A stretch of 64,000 nt of DNA from Octopus sinensis (lineage: Eukaryota): assembly GCF_006345805.1 (NCBI RefSeq), contig NC_043005.1, forward strand, positions 43,524,001 to 43,588,000, in the 5' to 3' direction. Below, piece by piece: positions 33,884 through 47,368 of the stretch (position 1 is the stretch's first letter; each line of letters opens with the position of its first letter). The translations under genes were made by a program, and so were the position numbers. The notes beneath the pieces are model-generated. The model was not told the DNA's origin and did not search any database. It saw nothing but the letters and a program-made list of their open reading frames with translations.

Positions 33884-36883
33884 TGTTTCTCGAGCCATGC
33901 CTATAGAGCTTATCCCGAACGGGTAGCGCTTCTCGGTAGCACCGCCAGGCCAGGGATCTCTGGAAGTTGTCCATAGGTCCCGGGCCGAAAGTCGTTTGAA
34001 ACAGGCGGGTCAGGTACTCCTCGTCGACGCCCAGGTTTGCCCCGAGCTCGTCGTTGTACCTCCCCTCCACTAATCCCCTATAGAATGCTTTGGTTGTGTT
34101 GAAGTCACTCAAGGTCGACCCGGGACGGCAGAGTTGCTTGAGAGCAACGCGACACTCGCGGTGCCATTCGCCCTTCCTCGGCCTCTTTTTGATCCACGAC
34201 TGTAGTTCGGTCATGGAGACGAGTTGCGGGAATGCGTGCCTCACAAACGGCGACCACACCTGTTCACCGTCGTCTACATAGAGCCGGAGATGTCGCAGTC
34301 TCAGCGCGTGTCTGCGCATCATCAACCACGGCATGCCCAGCCCTCCTTTTAACGGGTGTTGACAGCAAATGGATCGCCTGACCATCGGACGCATCCTTTC
34401 CACAAGAAGCGGAAGAAGATGCGTTCTAGTTTGGTGATGGTAGGGTCGGGACAAGGTACGACGGTCAGGCGGTAGTAGATGATGGACGCAATGTACGCAT
34501 TCACCACCTCGCCCGACCTTTTAGGGACAGTTTCCTCTCGGCCCATTGCTGGGCGAGAGTGACCACCCTACTCGTTATCTCGTTCCAGTTCTTCTCCATT
34601 TGGAGGTCCGGACCGAACCAGACCCCGAGCAACTCAACCGGGCCGTCTGTCCAGCGTCCCACGACGGAGGTACTGGTGGACGGCATGGCTTGCTTCTCCA
34701 GGTGCCGAGCCGCAAGCCCACTGACTTTTCCCGGTTGATTTTTGCTCTGTCACCGCTTCGTAGTCTTTCAGTGTCTCGCCGACCCGCTCGATGTGCTCGT
34801 GGCTTGACACTATGACGGTGACGTTGTCCGCGTATGCAGACACGCTCGTCCCGCATCCCAATTCTCGCGGGATGCCCCTTAGAGTCGCCAGCTTCCGCAG
34901 TAGTGGCTCAAGAGTCAATACGTATAGAAGCGCCGAGAGGGGGCATCCCTGACGGACCGAACGTGCAATGTCGAAAGGTCTCGATAGATGTCCATTTACG
35001 CGAATTACCGAACGGATGCCTCTGTACAAGGCAGCTATCCAGCCGCGGAAGACGGGACCGAAACCAGCCGCTCTCAGGACTGCCTCCAAGTATCGATGGT
35101 CTACCCTATCAAAGGCTTTCGATTGATCCAAGTTGATCAGGGCCCCACCCATGCCAGGTTCGTTAACTACCCTGTCTATGATGTAGCGCATCAGATGGAG
35201 GTTGTCATGGATGCTCCGGCCCGGCACGGCGCACGTTTGTGCGTTGTCGACCAGTTCTCGATGACAAACGCCAACCTCTTGGCTAACACCTTTGTCAAAA
35301 TTTTCAGGTCTGCATTGAGCAGCGTGATTGGTCTAAAGTTATCTATAATGTTTCCCTGTTTGGATCTTTCTTCAGCAGAGTTACAGCTCCTCGACTCACA
35401 AAACCGGGTATGCTCCCGTTTTGCTGCCAGTTGCAGTATACCGCTGCCAAGACGTCTCCAAACAAGTCTGGCATACAATTGTAAAACTCGTAGGGTAGAC
35501 CATCCAAACCCGGTGATTTGTCCCTCGAGCATTCTGCTATCGCTTCCTGCACTTCCGCCGCCGTGATGGCACCTTCGCAGCACCCTGCCTTTCTTGTCGA
35601 GAGTCGTGGTAGGCTATGTAGGTAGGCACTGAAGTCCACCCTACGTTCTTGCCCTCCACTCGTCCCGAACAGTCGGGCAAAATGCTGCTGAAAGGCCTCA
35701 CACATTTTACTTGGCTCGAGCAATTCGCGCCCCTGTTCATCTACCAGTGACCGAATGGTGGCTTTGTTGCCCTGTTGCGCCTCTGCCACCCGGGCCTCTC
35801 TCGCGGCTCCAACACCTTCGTTCCTTAGAGCACGCATCCTAGCTCTGACAGCACATCCTTCGTGTTTGGCGTTGAAGTGTTGGTCGAGGGCCAACCTCGC
35901 CGCCAAAACGTCGGATGCATTGCCGCTTCTAATTGCCTCTTCTAGCTTCTTAACTAGCTCACCCTCTACTCTATTTCTATCTATGGCTAGTGCTTTGCTG
36001 TACCTAATCGCTTCTGCTTTTACTGCTCTCTTGAGGGCAAACCACCATTTGTTGTTGATGATGGCTCCCGTCAAAGCCCTCTTTACTAGTGTGCTAATCC
36101 GGTCTCTGAAAACTTGTCTGGATGGGAATGAGGCGTTCAGTTTCCAGTACCCAGGACCCTGTCTATGTGCCTTATCTAAGTCTAGCATACGTCACCAATT
36201 TGTGATCCGTGTAGCTGACTGTGTGGAATTGTGGACATCCTAAGTTATCCTTGTCTACTGTCCTACACAGTATCCTATCTAGATACGATCTCGACGACCC
36301 ACTGCGGTTGCTCCATGTCCACGTTGGTGCATTTGGGTGGTCGAGTCGTACCTGTCAGACAGTTGGAATCGTCTGAGCAGGTCTCTGAGGCATTTGCATC
36401 CCCTTCTGTTTCTGTCTCTTCTACCCACGTAGTCTACATGCGTGTCCAAGGTAGCATTCCAATCCCCCACTAAGAGTAAAAGACGAGACGTTCCCAGAAT
36501 ACTTCTAGACGTCGAAAGAAATCCACCCGACCTGTTAAGGGCGGTGCGTAGACTGATACGAGTCGAAAAGCGCACCCATTGCTGCCGTCAACATCCAGAA
36601 CGATCAGTCTACTCTCCGGGTCTACGAATATTGTCTTGACTTCGAGATCCAGGCTCTTGTGAAAAAGTACCGCGGTGCCACTACCGCCCATCCTCGGCAG
36701 ACAGGGAGCGAAATAAATGTTAAACTGTCCGCCAAACATGGACTTTAGGGCCCGTGGCTCGTGGAGTCTGGTCTCACTTATGGCTATGATTCCCAGATCA
36801 TGTGACTTGATGTAATTTAGGAGGTATCCTTGTTTCCAAGGAGACCCCAAGCCACGCGCATTCACACAACCAATCTTGACCAT
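33884..36883 (-). pseudogene. ORF2 (APE endonuclease, reverse transcriptase), ~7-8 frame breaks
   Basis: MVKIGCVNARGL...ISETRL...VSVYAP; GDWNA; GPGYWKLNAS; KSPGLDGLPYEFY; NFRPITLLNADLKIL; LDQSKAFDRVDH; SVRQGCPLSALLY; SAYADNV; ELLGVWFG; the frame ends at LPVRDKLYRHG. Confidence 0.92.
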
Positions 36884-36899
36884 GATTCTATTGGGGTGT

Positions 36900-39098
36900 G
36901 TGCTTTAAAACACACAAATGAAAGTACAGAGAGTTACTTACTTGTGTCGAAAGTTTTGGCTTCCTCATTCTTTGATGTGTCTTCGAGGAGGTTTTTATAT
37001 AGTTTTTGGGACAGCTATTTCTGGAAACCCCCTACAGCATTTGGGAAGGGGCTTTGAGTTTGTGGTGTTGTGTTTGTGTGATGTGTAGTATTTTGATGTG
37101 TTTGGGTGGTGTAGTGCGTGGATGATTGCTATTTTTAAAGTCATCTTCACAATGTTTGTGTATCCTGTGATGTACTCCATTAGTTTGGAGTCTTTTGTGT
37201 CTATCGCTGATAGCATTGTTTTTGTGGTGTTGGTGCTTGTTTTGTTGTGTATGGAGTTTTCAGGGTTCAGGTATCTCCTGCTTTGGTTGCGATTTCTTGT
37301 TTGGTTTTTCTTGATCTTTTTCTTTTACCCCCTGTGGCTATTTGCCATTCTGTCGAACTTTCATCGTTAGATGAAAAGTCTGACGAATCAGCAGGGGGCA
37401 AGGGTAAAGCGTCTGGGTCTGGGTGTTGTTTGTGCGGTTGTAGATATTGTTGTGGTGCGCGGGGAGGGTGTTGCTGGGGGGTTTGTTGTGGTTATTGTCT
37501 CTCCTACATCCTTGGTGCTTGTCTTCTTCGTTGTTATTCTTGGTGTTGGAATTGGTTTATTTGTTGTTGGTGGTGATGATTCTATTCTTGGCGCTGGTGT
37601 TGTGTTGTTTGGTTGGGTTGGCTTGTTCTTTGTGTTTTTTGTTTTTCCTGCATTTCCGCATACAGCTTCTTGACTGGCTGTCCATATTGTGGTGTGGGCA
37701 ATAATCCTGGCTTTTGTGATTTTTCCTGTGGCTGTTGTTGTTGTTGTAATTTTGCGGCAGATTTGCACTCCTTTTTGAGGTGTGCCTCACTGCCACATGT
37801 ATAGCATCGTGGCCTTCTGCCCTCGACTACTACGTATAACTTGCGGCCATCCTCAAGATGTACGTGGGTGGGGATTTTATTTATGTCCTCTTGACTTATG
37901 TGGAAGAGGAACTCTATTCTCTTTCCCAGCCAGTCCTTGTTTTCCGAAACACCGATATCTAGGATGTTTAAGTCCTCCATTTCGGATGTTAAGGCGGATG
38001 TTACCAAAGTGTTGTAGTCACTTGGGGGACACCACTGATAATGACTTTCGTCACCTTCTGGCCGAGGTAACTCGGTGTCAACATTAGTTCATCAGAATGA
38101 AGGGTTATCGTTGAGATTTCTTCGCCAACTCTTCACTCTGAAAAACCACCTGTACGTGTGCGAACTTGTTCGCCCAAGTCACACAATCCTTGTATCCCCA
38201 GATGGGGCGTAAGCACTTTTCGACTTTGTCTGTGCTTGCCTTTTCTGGACTTTTAGTTTTTTATTTGTGATTTTATATACAATTGTCTTTTTTTCTCCTC
38301 ATTCAGTATGTGTTGAGGTATGTGTAAGAGTATTTTTCCGTTTTCATTTGTAATAAGGTTTCTGCAATCTTTAATCTGTTGTGTAGTAAACGAAACTTTT
38401 GTTACCTTTTCTTTTATCGCCTCGGCGAAGTTTGTTGTTGTTTTGTTATTGTTGTTACTGCCGGTGGTGTTGGTGTTGATGGCAGGGGTGTGGGTTGTAG
38501 GTTTGTGGTTGCTGATTATGCAACTAGCAAGGGGTGGAAAATTGCCTGCGTAATTTAGTCCTGCATTAGCGCAAATTTCGACATTTCGTTTGCTTGTCGT
38601 CGTTATTTTTTCACTTGTTGGTGATGGAGTGAGCAGTGGTTGAAGGGAATTGTTGTTGTCGTCGTCGTCGTCGTCGTCGTCGTTGTTGTTGTTGTTGTTG
38701 TTGTCGTCGTCGTCGTTCTTGGTGACGGCGGTGGTGTTAGTAGTATTAGTAGCATTGACGGCACGGTCTTTGGTGGCGGTGATGGTGATGTTGGTATTGT
38801 TATTGGTGGCGATGTCTTTAGTAGGGATAGCAGTTTTAGTAGCAGATTCTGCCATTTTGTTGTTGTCGGTGTTGGTGGTGGTGGACTCACTGATGGTGTT
38901 GACGGTGCTTGGCCTTGCGACCTTTGTTTTGTATTTGTTGCTGTTGTCGATGTTGATGGTGGTGGAGGTGGTGTTGTCAGGTTCAGCGTATGCTAACAGA
39001 GCATCCTGTTTTTCTGTCTCTGCGTCACGCTTGACTTGCACCTCAGCCTCGTGGTGACTAGTGGCCATTTTGGAAATAAAATGGCTAAATGAAACCAC
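36900..39098 (-). pseudogene. ORF1 (low-complexity N-terminus, RRM-like region, CX2CX4HX4C zinc knuckle), frameshifted
   Basis: ORFs 38253-39098 and 37582-38007 (VVVEGRRPRCYTCGSEAHLKKEC), with T/K/N-rich linkers. Confidence 0.85.
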
Positions 39099-39289
39099 GA
39101 AGGCTATGAGAATTTTTTCTTTTAAATTTTGCCCACAAGGGGCAAAATTTTGTGTAGATATTTATCAAAGGTTTACAGTGGATGTTGTTGCACAACTTTT
39201 AAACACAAAATATTTGTCAATATACACTTTTGAACGTACAAAAATACCAACTTACGTGGAGCCCATTTGACTTGTGTCTGTCTGTCCAG

Positions 39290-39452
<163 letters not shown>

Positions 39453-39526
39453 CAACGATGGAAGGATGAGAAGAAAGGTATAACAATAGAAAGCTAAATA
39501 GATTGAGAGATGGAAAGAAAAGTATG

Positions 39527-40087
39527 TATTGGGTTGTCCAGAAAGTTTGTGCTGATTTATGGTAGCTTACCTTTCAACTTATTTTAGAACATGGTTGAGT
39601 CCATAAAATAGGATTTGACTACACCTCCGTTTAGAGCACAGTTTAAGCTATCTTTTAGTGGAAGAAGATTTATGTTCCTATAACCTGTGTTAATTCTGTA
39701 ACCCTTTAAAATGGAAGTTCATTTTCGGCACTTGATGCTTTGGGAACCAGACAAAAATTGCTGCAGCTCGGCTGGGATGTGTTACCCCACCTTCCATATT
39801 CACCAGATATTGCTCCTTCGGATTTTCACTTATTCAGGTCTCTGCAGAATAGTCTTAATGGTAAAAATTTCAATTCCTTGGATGACATAAAAAGATATCT
39901 TGATGAATTCTTTGCCATGAAACCACCTCAATTCTGGGAAGAGGGTATTTCCAAGTTAAAGGAAAGATGAAGACACATTGTGCAACAAAATGGTTCATAT
40001 TTGGTTGATTGAAAATGTAATGGCAAGTATTTATTGACCTTTTTCTTTCCTTTAAAAATCGGCATGAACTTTCTGGACAACCCAATA
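39527..40087 (+). mobile_element. Mariner deletion derivative with both TIRs and TA ends
   Basis: TATTGGGTTGTCCAGAAAGTTTGTGC / GCATGAACTTTCTGGACAACCCAATA. ORF 39740-39970 has WDVLPHLPYSPDIAPSDFHLFRSLQNSL. Confidence 0.92.
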
Positions 40088-40894
40088 AATAGAGAAAAAA
40101 AGATTAGTAAAAGTGGTAGACAGAGAAGGTGATAGACAGGTAATTATAAAGGTAGAAGAAAAGATTGATATGCAGAGAGAGAGAGAGAGAGAGATAAAGA
40201 GAGGGAGGGTGAGAGCGTGAGAGAGAGAGAGAGGGTGAGAGCGTGAGAGAGAGAGAGGCACAATAGAGATAAATAGACATGTTATCACATTTCACATATA
40301 TTGGGAAGATGATATGTCTTTTGGCCTTGAGAAAAACAAGTTTTAGACAAACCTGGAAGTGTGTGTATGTATGTATATATGTATGTATATGTATATGTAT
40401 ATAAATGTAACCATGTAGTGTTAGGTTTAGAACTACTTTGGCAGCATGTTGGGAAAGCGTCTTCAACAATAGCCTCATGGCAACTTATACTTTGTGAGAG
40501 AAATCGGTAGACAGAAACTCCAAAAAGCCTGCAATATATTTATATCTTTATGCACATACAAATTGTTCATCTCTAATCTGGCAATTAGAACCAGAACGGT
40601 TCTATCATTGATCCAGCAATCACCAATCTGGTTCCATCACTATTCTCAAGTGATTTTCAGCTGACCTAATTTTAATCTCAAATTTTCTTATTGCCACATA
40701 AACTGCTTCTAATGGTTTGTGGTGCTAACTGTTACCTATACATACCATCAGCATTGGTAACAAACACAAGTAAGATATTCCAATTTGTATTTTTATATTT
40801 GCTATTATTACAAGTTAGAAACTTGTTTATTTTTAACCCGTCATGTTTCCAATGAATAAAGAACATGATTTATGCTGTGTTAAGTCAAACAGCC

Positions 40895-41245
40895 TGAAAG
40901 TGCAATGGCCCAGTGGTTAGGGCAGTGGACTCATGGTCGTGGGATGTTGTGAGTGTTTATTGAGTGGAAACACCTAAAGCTCCACGAGGCTCTGGCAGGG
41001 GGTGGTGGCAAACCCTGCTTCACACTTTCACCACAACTTTCTCTCCCTCTCTCTTCTGTTGTACCTGTATTTCAAAGGGCCTACCTTGTCACACACTGTG
41101 TCACACTGAATCTCCCTGAGAACCACATTAAGAGTACACGTGTCTGTGGAGTGCTCAGCCACTTGCATATTAATTTCATGAGCAGGCTGTGCTGTTGACC
41201 AGATCAACTGGAACCCTTGTTGTTGTAATCGACGGAGTGCCATAA
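40895..41245 (+). mobile_element. tRNA-derived SINE, near full length
   Basis: GTGCAATGGCCCAGTGGTTAGGGCAGTGGACTC head; the body matches 6136-6258. Confidence 0.8.
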
Positions 41246-41259
41246 AGTCAAATAGCAGA

Positions 41260-42900
41260 CATTGTCCATGAAAGATTTGGTTGAAGTTTTGAAAAAAATT
41301 GACAGCAGCATGTTTGTAAAATATTTGTTTGAGTTATACTGCATAAGCTCTTCAACACTTTATGACATTAAAAAATTTTTTTAAATGAGGTTTTTTTTGG
41401 CTAATTCCAAGAAACTGTTGCATAAAAAGTACGCAGTGAAAGATGGAAAAAGTTTAAAATTTGATCAAGTTCTGAAGGAGTGAATTGGGAATGCATATTA
41501 TGGAAGGTGTAGTATTGTCTGGAGATCACCTGAAGGAACAATCCAAAACTTTCCTAAAGAATTAGGCCCTAGATTATGGGTGTGATTATTGTAAGGATTA
41601 GAAGTGGTGATTCAAGGATCAGAATAACCTAATGTTTTTGTGCAGTGTGAAGGAAAAATGTCTAGCAGACAAAAAATGCAGCTGCTAGATTTGTTGATGA
41701 GTTCAGCAAGTTAGTTTCAGATGAAAATTTAAGCCCTGACTAGGTCTATAATTCAGTTGAAATATACACAAAAACACTGACAACTGAGGAGGCAAAATTA
41801 CCAACAGGCTCTAGGAAATCAAAAGATTGTGTCACTGTACTGTGCTGCTCTGATACCACAGGAACTTACAGATGTAAGTTACTGGGTATTGGTAAAAGTT
41901 TATATATCAGAATTTTTAAAGGTATATCACAGTAACAAAAGAGGTTGGATAACAACTGACATTACACTGGATTGGTTCAAATTTTATTTTGTTCACTAAA
42001 CAAGAGCTCACTGTGACTCTGTTAAGGTGAGCCACAACTGTAAGTTAATGTTTTTTAAACAACTGTTCTGCACATTCTAAAACAGAACTCCTGGTAAAAA
42101 CCAACATTTGGTCTTTCCTTCTATCTTAATCTCACATCATTAATACCATACTAGGACATTGGCATATAATATTCCTTTGAGGTATCTACCCACTGCAGTC
42201 ACCTCTAGCAGACTAGAACATGATTTTCTTGAGGAATTTAATGTTTACTGTGTTGTCAATGCTAGAAAGTCAACAGAAACATCCATATGGAGAAATAGAT
42301 GGCACAAAATGTGACCAGGGTTGCAGTGTGCATCTGCACCTGATGAAGACACTAGAAATGAGTATACAGGATTTAGGGCCTCAAGGACACCCAAATATAT
42401 GCAATCTTGTTTTTTCATGTTCATTATGTAGCTAATCCTATTGCAAAGAATCTTGCATTGAGGATGGATGAAGATAATGCTGGGAAATAGATGGATGTAG
42501 ATCAGTGGTTTTTCTTAACTGGAGTCCATACAAACTTTTGGAATCCATGTAAGATTGGGGGGGGGGGGGGAATACATGCAAAATAGTATGGGGGTCCACT
42601 AGAATAAAATAGTAATCAAAGAGGATCTATAATTTAAAAAAAAACTGTTGAGAACCTCTGATGCACATGAAAATGCAGTCACTGTGCATCTTTACACTGA
42701 CTCAGAAATCGTGTGGATGGTTGCAAACTCACAGCAACAAACCAGGGGAGAAGAGAACAGAGATGAAAATGAGAAAAATGCATCTGAAAGAACGTGTATT
42801 GATAGATTAATTCATTATAAAGGTGAACTACTAAAAATTGTTGAGCAACAAGGTTTTAAAAATTCAGGATGAACTAATCAAAGAAAGGTGATATGTGAAG
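41260..42900 (+). pseudogene. Tigger/Jerky-like pogo transposase, degenerate
   Basis: LSMKDLVEVLKKID...SSSTLYDIKK (HTH); KDCVTVLCCSDTTGTYRCKLLGIGKS (DDE_1 region); many stops. Confidence 0.8.
42503..42660. mobile_element. hAT (Charlie-like) MITE inserted in the Tigger copy
   Basis: CAGTGGTTTTTCTTAAC...GTTGAGAACCTCTG ends; imperfect 8-bp TSD ATGTAGAT/ATGCACAT. Confidence 0.7.
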
Positions 42901-43429
42901 GTACGTTTGAAAAAGAAGTTAAAAAGCTTAATACAGAGAAGTCATCACTTGAAAATCCAGTGACTTCAACATTAGGTTACCCAGATTTGCTGCCACCATC
43001 ATCATAACCAGTTCCTGATAGCTTGTTATCTTCCAAAATGCAAAACAAATAAAACTCCTGAGAGCCCTTCACCTTAGGACATATAAAAGCATTGAATTGC
43101 AAATCTCAGCTCTTCAGTTTTGACTTGCTGTGATGAAGTTTCTTGTATAACTCATTGAAATTTCATTTGGTTTTCATGAAAGCATTTCTTTATTCTTTTT
43201 AATTAAAATTTCACTCAGTTTTCATTTAATGATTCTTGTTTTTATTAATGAAAGTGCATTGATTGACTGTGAGTATTTTACAGGTAGGATAGGGTAGCTA
43301 GTGATTAAGCTAAATGTGTGTTTATATGTGTTGTAACTTAATCACTCTGTAATTTTGCCAAATTACCAAGTGATTAAAATCTCACATTTTTCAAGTCTGA
43401 ATGATACTGAATTTGAGATAGTGAGCCTA

Positions 43430-43444
43430 CACATACATACATAC

Positions 43445-43475
<31 letters not shown>

Positions 43476-43569
43476 CATACATAAATACATACATACATAC
43501 ATACATACATACATGCATACTTACATACATACATACAACATACATACATACATACATGCATACTTACAT

Positions 43570-43600
<31 letters not shown>

Positions 43601-43870
43601 TACATACATACATACATACATACATACATACATACATACATGCATACTTACATACATACATACATACATGCATACATACACACACACACACACATACATA
43701 CATACATGCATACATGCATACATACATACATACATGCATACATACATACATACATGCATACATGCATGCATACATACATACATACATACATACACACACA
43801 TGCACACATGCACACACGCACACATACATATGTACTTATAAATCTGCATGTATACATACACACTGCCTAA
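43430..43870 (+). repeat. Long (CATA)n microsatellite array
   Basis: Direct reading; representative of many (TA)n, (CATA)n, (CA)n, (TAA)n and (GAT)n tracts in the window. Confidence 0.95.
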
Positions 43871-44414
43871 ACACTGCACAACACACTGCTTAAATACCGA
43901 TCTTAAGAAATTAGACTTCTCAAAACTAAAAAGGAAAAGGCTGATCTGAAGACTAGAGATTCAATCCATCACTGGAACAGTAAACATCTGTAAAACTTTC
44001 CAGAAGTTTATCATTTAAATATATATGAACATGTCTATATATGCAACTATATGCATGAGAAAACATACATAAAACAAAACATACAAATCTACACATATAC
44101 ATGCATATATACATACATACATACATACATGCATACATACATACATACATACATACATACATACATACATACATACATACTCTGTTGTTGATGTTGAAAT
44201 TCCAATGAAGGAGACTTGTATATCGGATAAAAACTGGCTCTTTTGCTATTGGCTAGAAATCTTGAAATAAAACTGAATGGTGACAATCATACAAACATAC
44301 ATACATACATCCTGTAGATCTTATTGAAATTCCAATGATGGAGCCTAAGATCTAGCTTAGAAGCCAACACTTTCTCTATTGGCAAGAAATCACACACACA
44401 CACACATACATTAA

Positions 44415-44575
44415 CAGGCTTTGTTCAGTTTCCATCTACCAAATCCACTCATAAAGCCTTGGTCAGTCTGAGGCAAAAGTAGAAGACACTTACCCAAGGT
44501 GCCACACAGTAGGACTGAACCTGGAACCATGTGGTTGGTAAGCAAGCTACTTATCACACAGTCACTCCTGCACCT
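44415..44575 (-). mobile_element. CORE-type SINE
   Basis: Same family as 817-950. Its 5' 36 bp are duplicated in inverted orientation at 44606-44641. Confidence 0.8.
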
Positions 44576-44680
44576 ATATATATATATAATATATATATAT
44601 ATATAGGTGCAGGAGTGACTGTGTGATAAGTAGCTTGCTTATGTGTATGTATATATATATATTATATATATATATGTATG

Positions 44681-44740
<60 letters not shown>

Positions 44741-45247
44741 TGTATGTATATGTATATATATAATATATATATATATATTTGTATGTATGTATATATATTG
44801 CAATGCTGAAATTTTTTGTTGACATTAAGACTTCATTCGACACTTTAAAAGACCTCTGGAATATTGAAACGGTCCCTTGCTTGTGTAAACAACTAATGGC
44901 TATCAACTAAGAGAGAATCTGGCAGTAAAATTCTGTGTCAAACAACTCTTCATCTAACTTATGCTGACATGGAAGTGTGGATACTAAATGAACAAATGCA
45001 CATACACACAGAGTCGTGCATGCATACGCACACACACACATGCAAGCACACATACACCCCCCCCCCCACACACACATGCCTACTCTATCTGTGGTTTAAT
45101 GCGACTACCTATTGTCACATGTGAAGGGATCTTCCCAATTGTTCAAGTATGTGACAGGCAACTGTTGGCACTTGACCCATTTTGAAAACCAACACTTCCA
45201 TGTGGAATGTGAAGATCTCTTGACATGAAGCCATTGATAGCCTTTTT

Positions 45248-45477
45248 TTAACCCTTTCGTTACTGTATTTCTTCTGAGATGCTCTGTGTTTCATTCAATT
45301 AATTTTAAATATAACATAGAATTTAGTAAAATAACTTAGTTTTCATTAGGCTAGTGTTAGGAACATAAATTGTGACTAAGGTTTGGTGGAAGATTTTGAT
45401 TCAGAACTTATGAAAACAAGATATTTGTACAGCAGAGCCAGAGGCGGTTTCAGCCGGGTTGGTATCGAAAGGGTTAA
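45248..45477. mobile_element. piggyBac-type MITE
   Basis: TTAA|CCCTTTCG...CGAAAGGG|TTAA. Confidence 0.85.
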
Positions 45478-46459
45478 CCCACAAATTAAGAATATGTATC
45501 CACCAAAGCAGCGTTGAGTCGCTCTCCCTTTACTCTGAGTTTTACCAACAAGTGCACAAAATAAAATATGTTGTTAAATTCTACTATGACATTGTATACT
45601 CTTTTATCATCAAAGCACCTCATCATTTCTCCCTTTTAACTGGATATGTTCATTATGATGTATAAAATATCTGCAGTGCTTGAGATACAATATGTAGTTT
45701 TAAAACAGCTTCCTGCCATGGCCTATGCATTCTCAGTACTAGTTGTAATACATTTATTATAGCTATATGATTACACAGTCCACTTTGCAATTACACCATT
45801 ATGGATTTAATTCCATTGTATGACACCTTAAATAAGTATCTTCAGTTATGGGGTTGACCAAATACCTTGTAAGCAAAATTTCAGTATATGAAACAAGGGC
45901 AGGTGGTTCCTGTTTGGGCTCATACACACACTCACACACACACACACCTACATCCATCCAGTTACATACACATATGTGTATATATATATAATATACTACA
46001 TAAATATATGCATATATACATACATATATGTACATACCTACATATATATGTATATATACATACATATATAGGTACAGGACATCAAAAAAAATGTTGAACA
46101 CAATGAGAAATGAAAACACAAAAACAAAAACTTAGAAACGAAGTTTTTTTCGAACGACGGAAAAAACAAACAGAGAAACGAGACATGCAACATAAAGAAT
46201 ATTCCCCTTCAACAGCTGTCCCTGTTTCATCTACTTCCCGTTTCGATATATATATATTTATATATCCCCATCATAATTTTCCATGATGGCATAGGTTGGA
46301 CGATTTGGACTAGAACTGGTAAGTTTGAGCACTGCATGCGGCTCCAGTCTGTTTTGGCTTGTTTTCTATGGCTGGTTTCTATAAGTGTGTGTACACTACA
46401 CATTGATCTAATATATATCTATATCTATATCTATATATATGTATCTATGTTGATATATA

Positions 46460-46700
46460 GATCATCATCATCATCATCATCGTTTAGCGTCCGTTTTCCA
46501 TGCTAGCATGGGTTGGACGGTTCTACTGGGGTCTGTGAAGCCAGAAGGCTTCATCAGGCCCAGTCAAATCTGGCAGTGTTTCTACGGCTGGATGCCCTTC
46601 CTAACACCAACCACTCCGTGAGTGTAGTGGGTGCTTTTTACGTGCCACCCGCACAGGTGCCAGACAGAGCTGGCAAACGGCCACGAACGGATGGTGCTTT
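46460..46700 (-). mobile_element. RTE-type 3' end
   Basis: (CAT)nCGTTTAGCGTCCGTTTTCCATGCTAGCATGGGTTGGACGG... Confidence 0.8.
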
Positions 46701-47337
46701 TTGTAGATATAAATGTGTATATGTTTCTATGCTTATATACATGTTTGTCTATATTTGTCTCTGTTGTTTATGCTGTTACTGTTTAACCCCAGGTCAGCCT
46801 TGCTTGGGAAGAATTTCAGTTATGAACCACCAGCCTTTTTTTTTTTAGATTTATGTCATGCAATATTACCTAGAGTGTTATTTTTCGTTAAATAAGACGC
46901 TATAGGCTTGAGTCTATATCTGTCTATACCAGTGTGAAATGGTGTGTTGAGTTGTGTCCCTTCAGTACTGAAGTGTAACTCAGTCATTCAATAAATAGAG
47001 GTCAAATATATAAGTCCCACACTGCAATAATATTGAAGATAATATGATCAGCTACAATCCTTGATGGTGGTGCCCTACACTGGTTCTAGTCTAATGATCG
47101 AAACCAATAAAAGAATAATAGGCTATATGTATAATTAATGTTTCTACAGACTTTACTTATTAATTTAATTGCATCTACTTACAGCTTTCACCTCATTAAT
47201 ATATCTATATTAATTACCTATATATATATGCTTGTGTGCGAGTGTGAGTGTATGTACATATATCTATATATTTACACATATATACATGCATATATATGTA
47301 TACATGTATAGGAATACATACATACATACATGCATGC

Positions 47338-47368
<31 letters not shown>

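Larger units (their letters stand above)
33884..39110 (-). mobile_element. Tx1/L1-clade non-LTR retrotransposon, ~5.2 kb, 5' intact, 3' truncated
   Basis: ORF1 with a CCHC knuckle is followed by ORF2 with APE endonuclease, RT and the start of zf-RVT. GC and CpG content are much higher than in the flanks. Confidence 0.93.

Noticed and set aside
33443-33898. C-terminal extension of ORF 33534-34454 and ORF 33443-33898
   Set aside because: They read through the (TCTA)n microsatellite and pyrimidine-rich flank after the LINE truncation.
34090-38996. Plus-strand ORFs such as 34988-35566, 35755-36243 and 38640-38996
   Set aside because: They are antisense shadows of the GC-rich LINE ORFs with no independent motifs.
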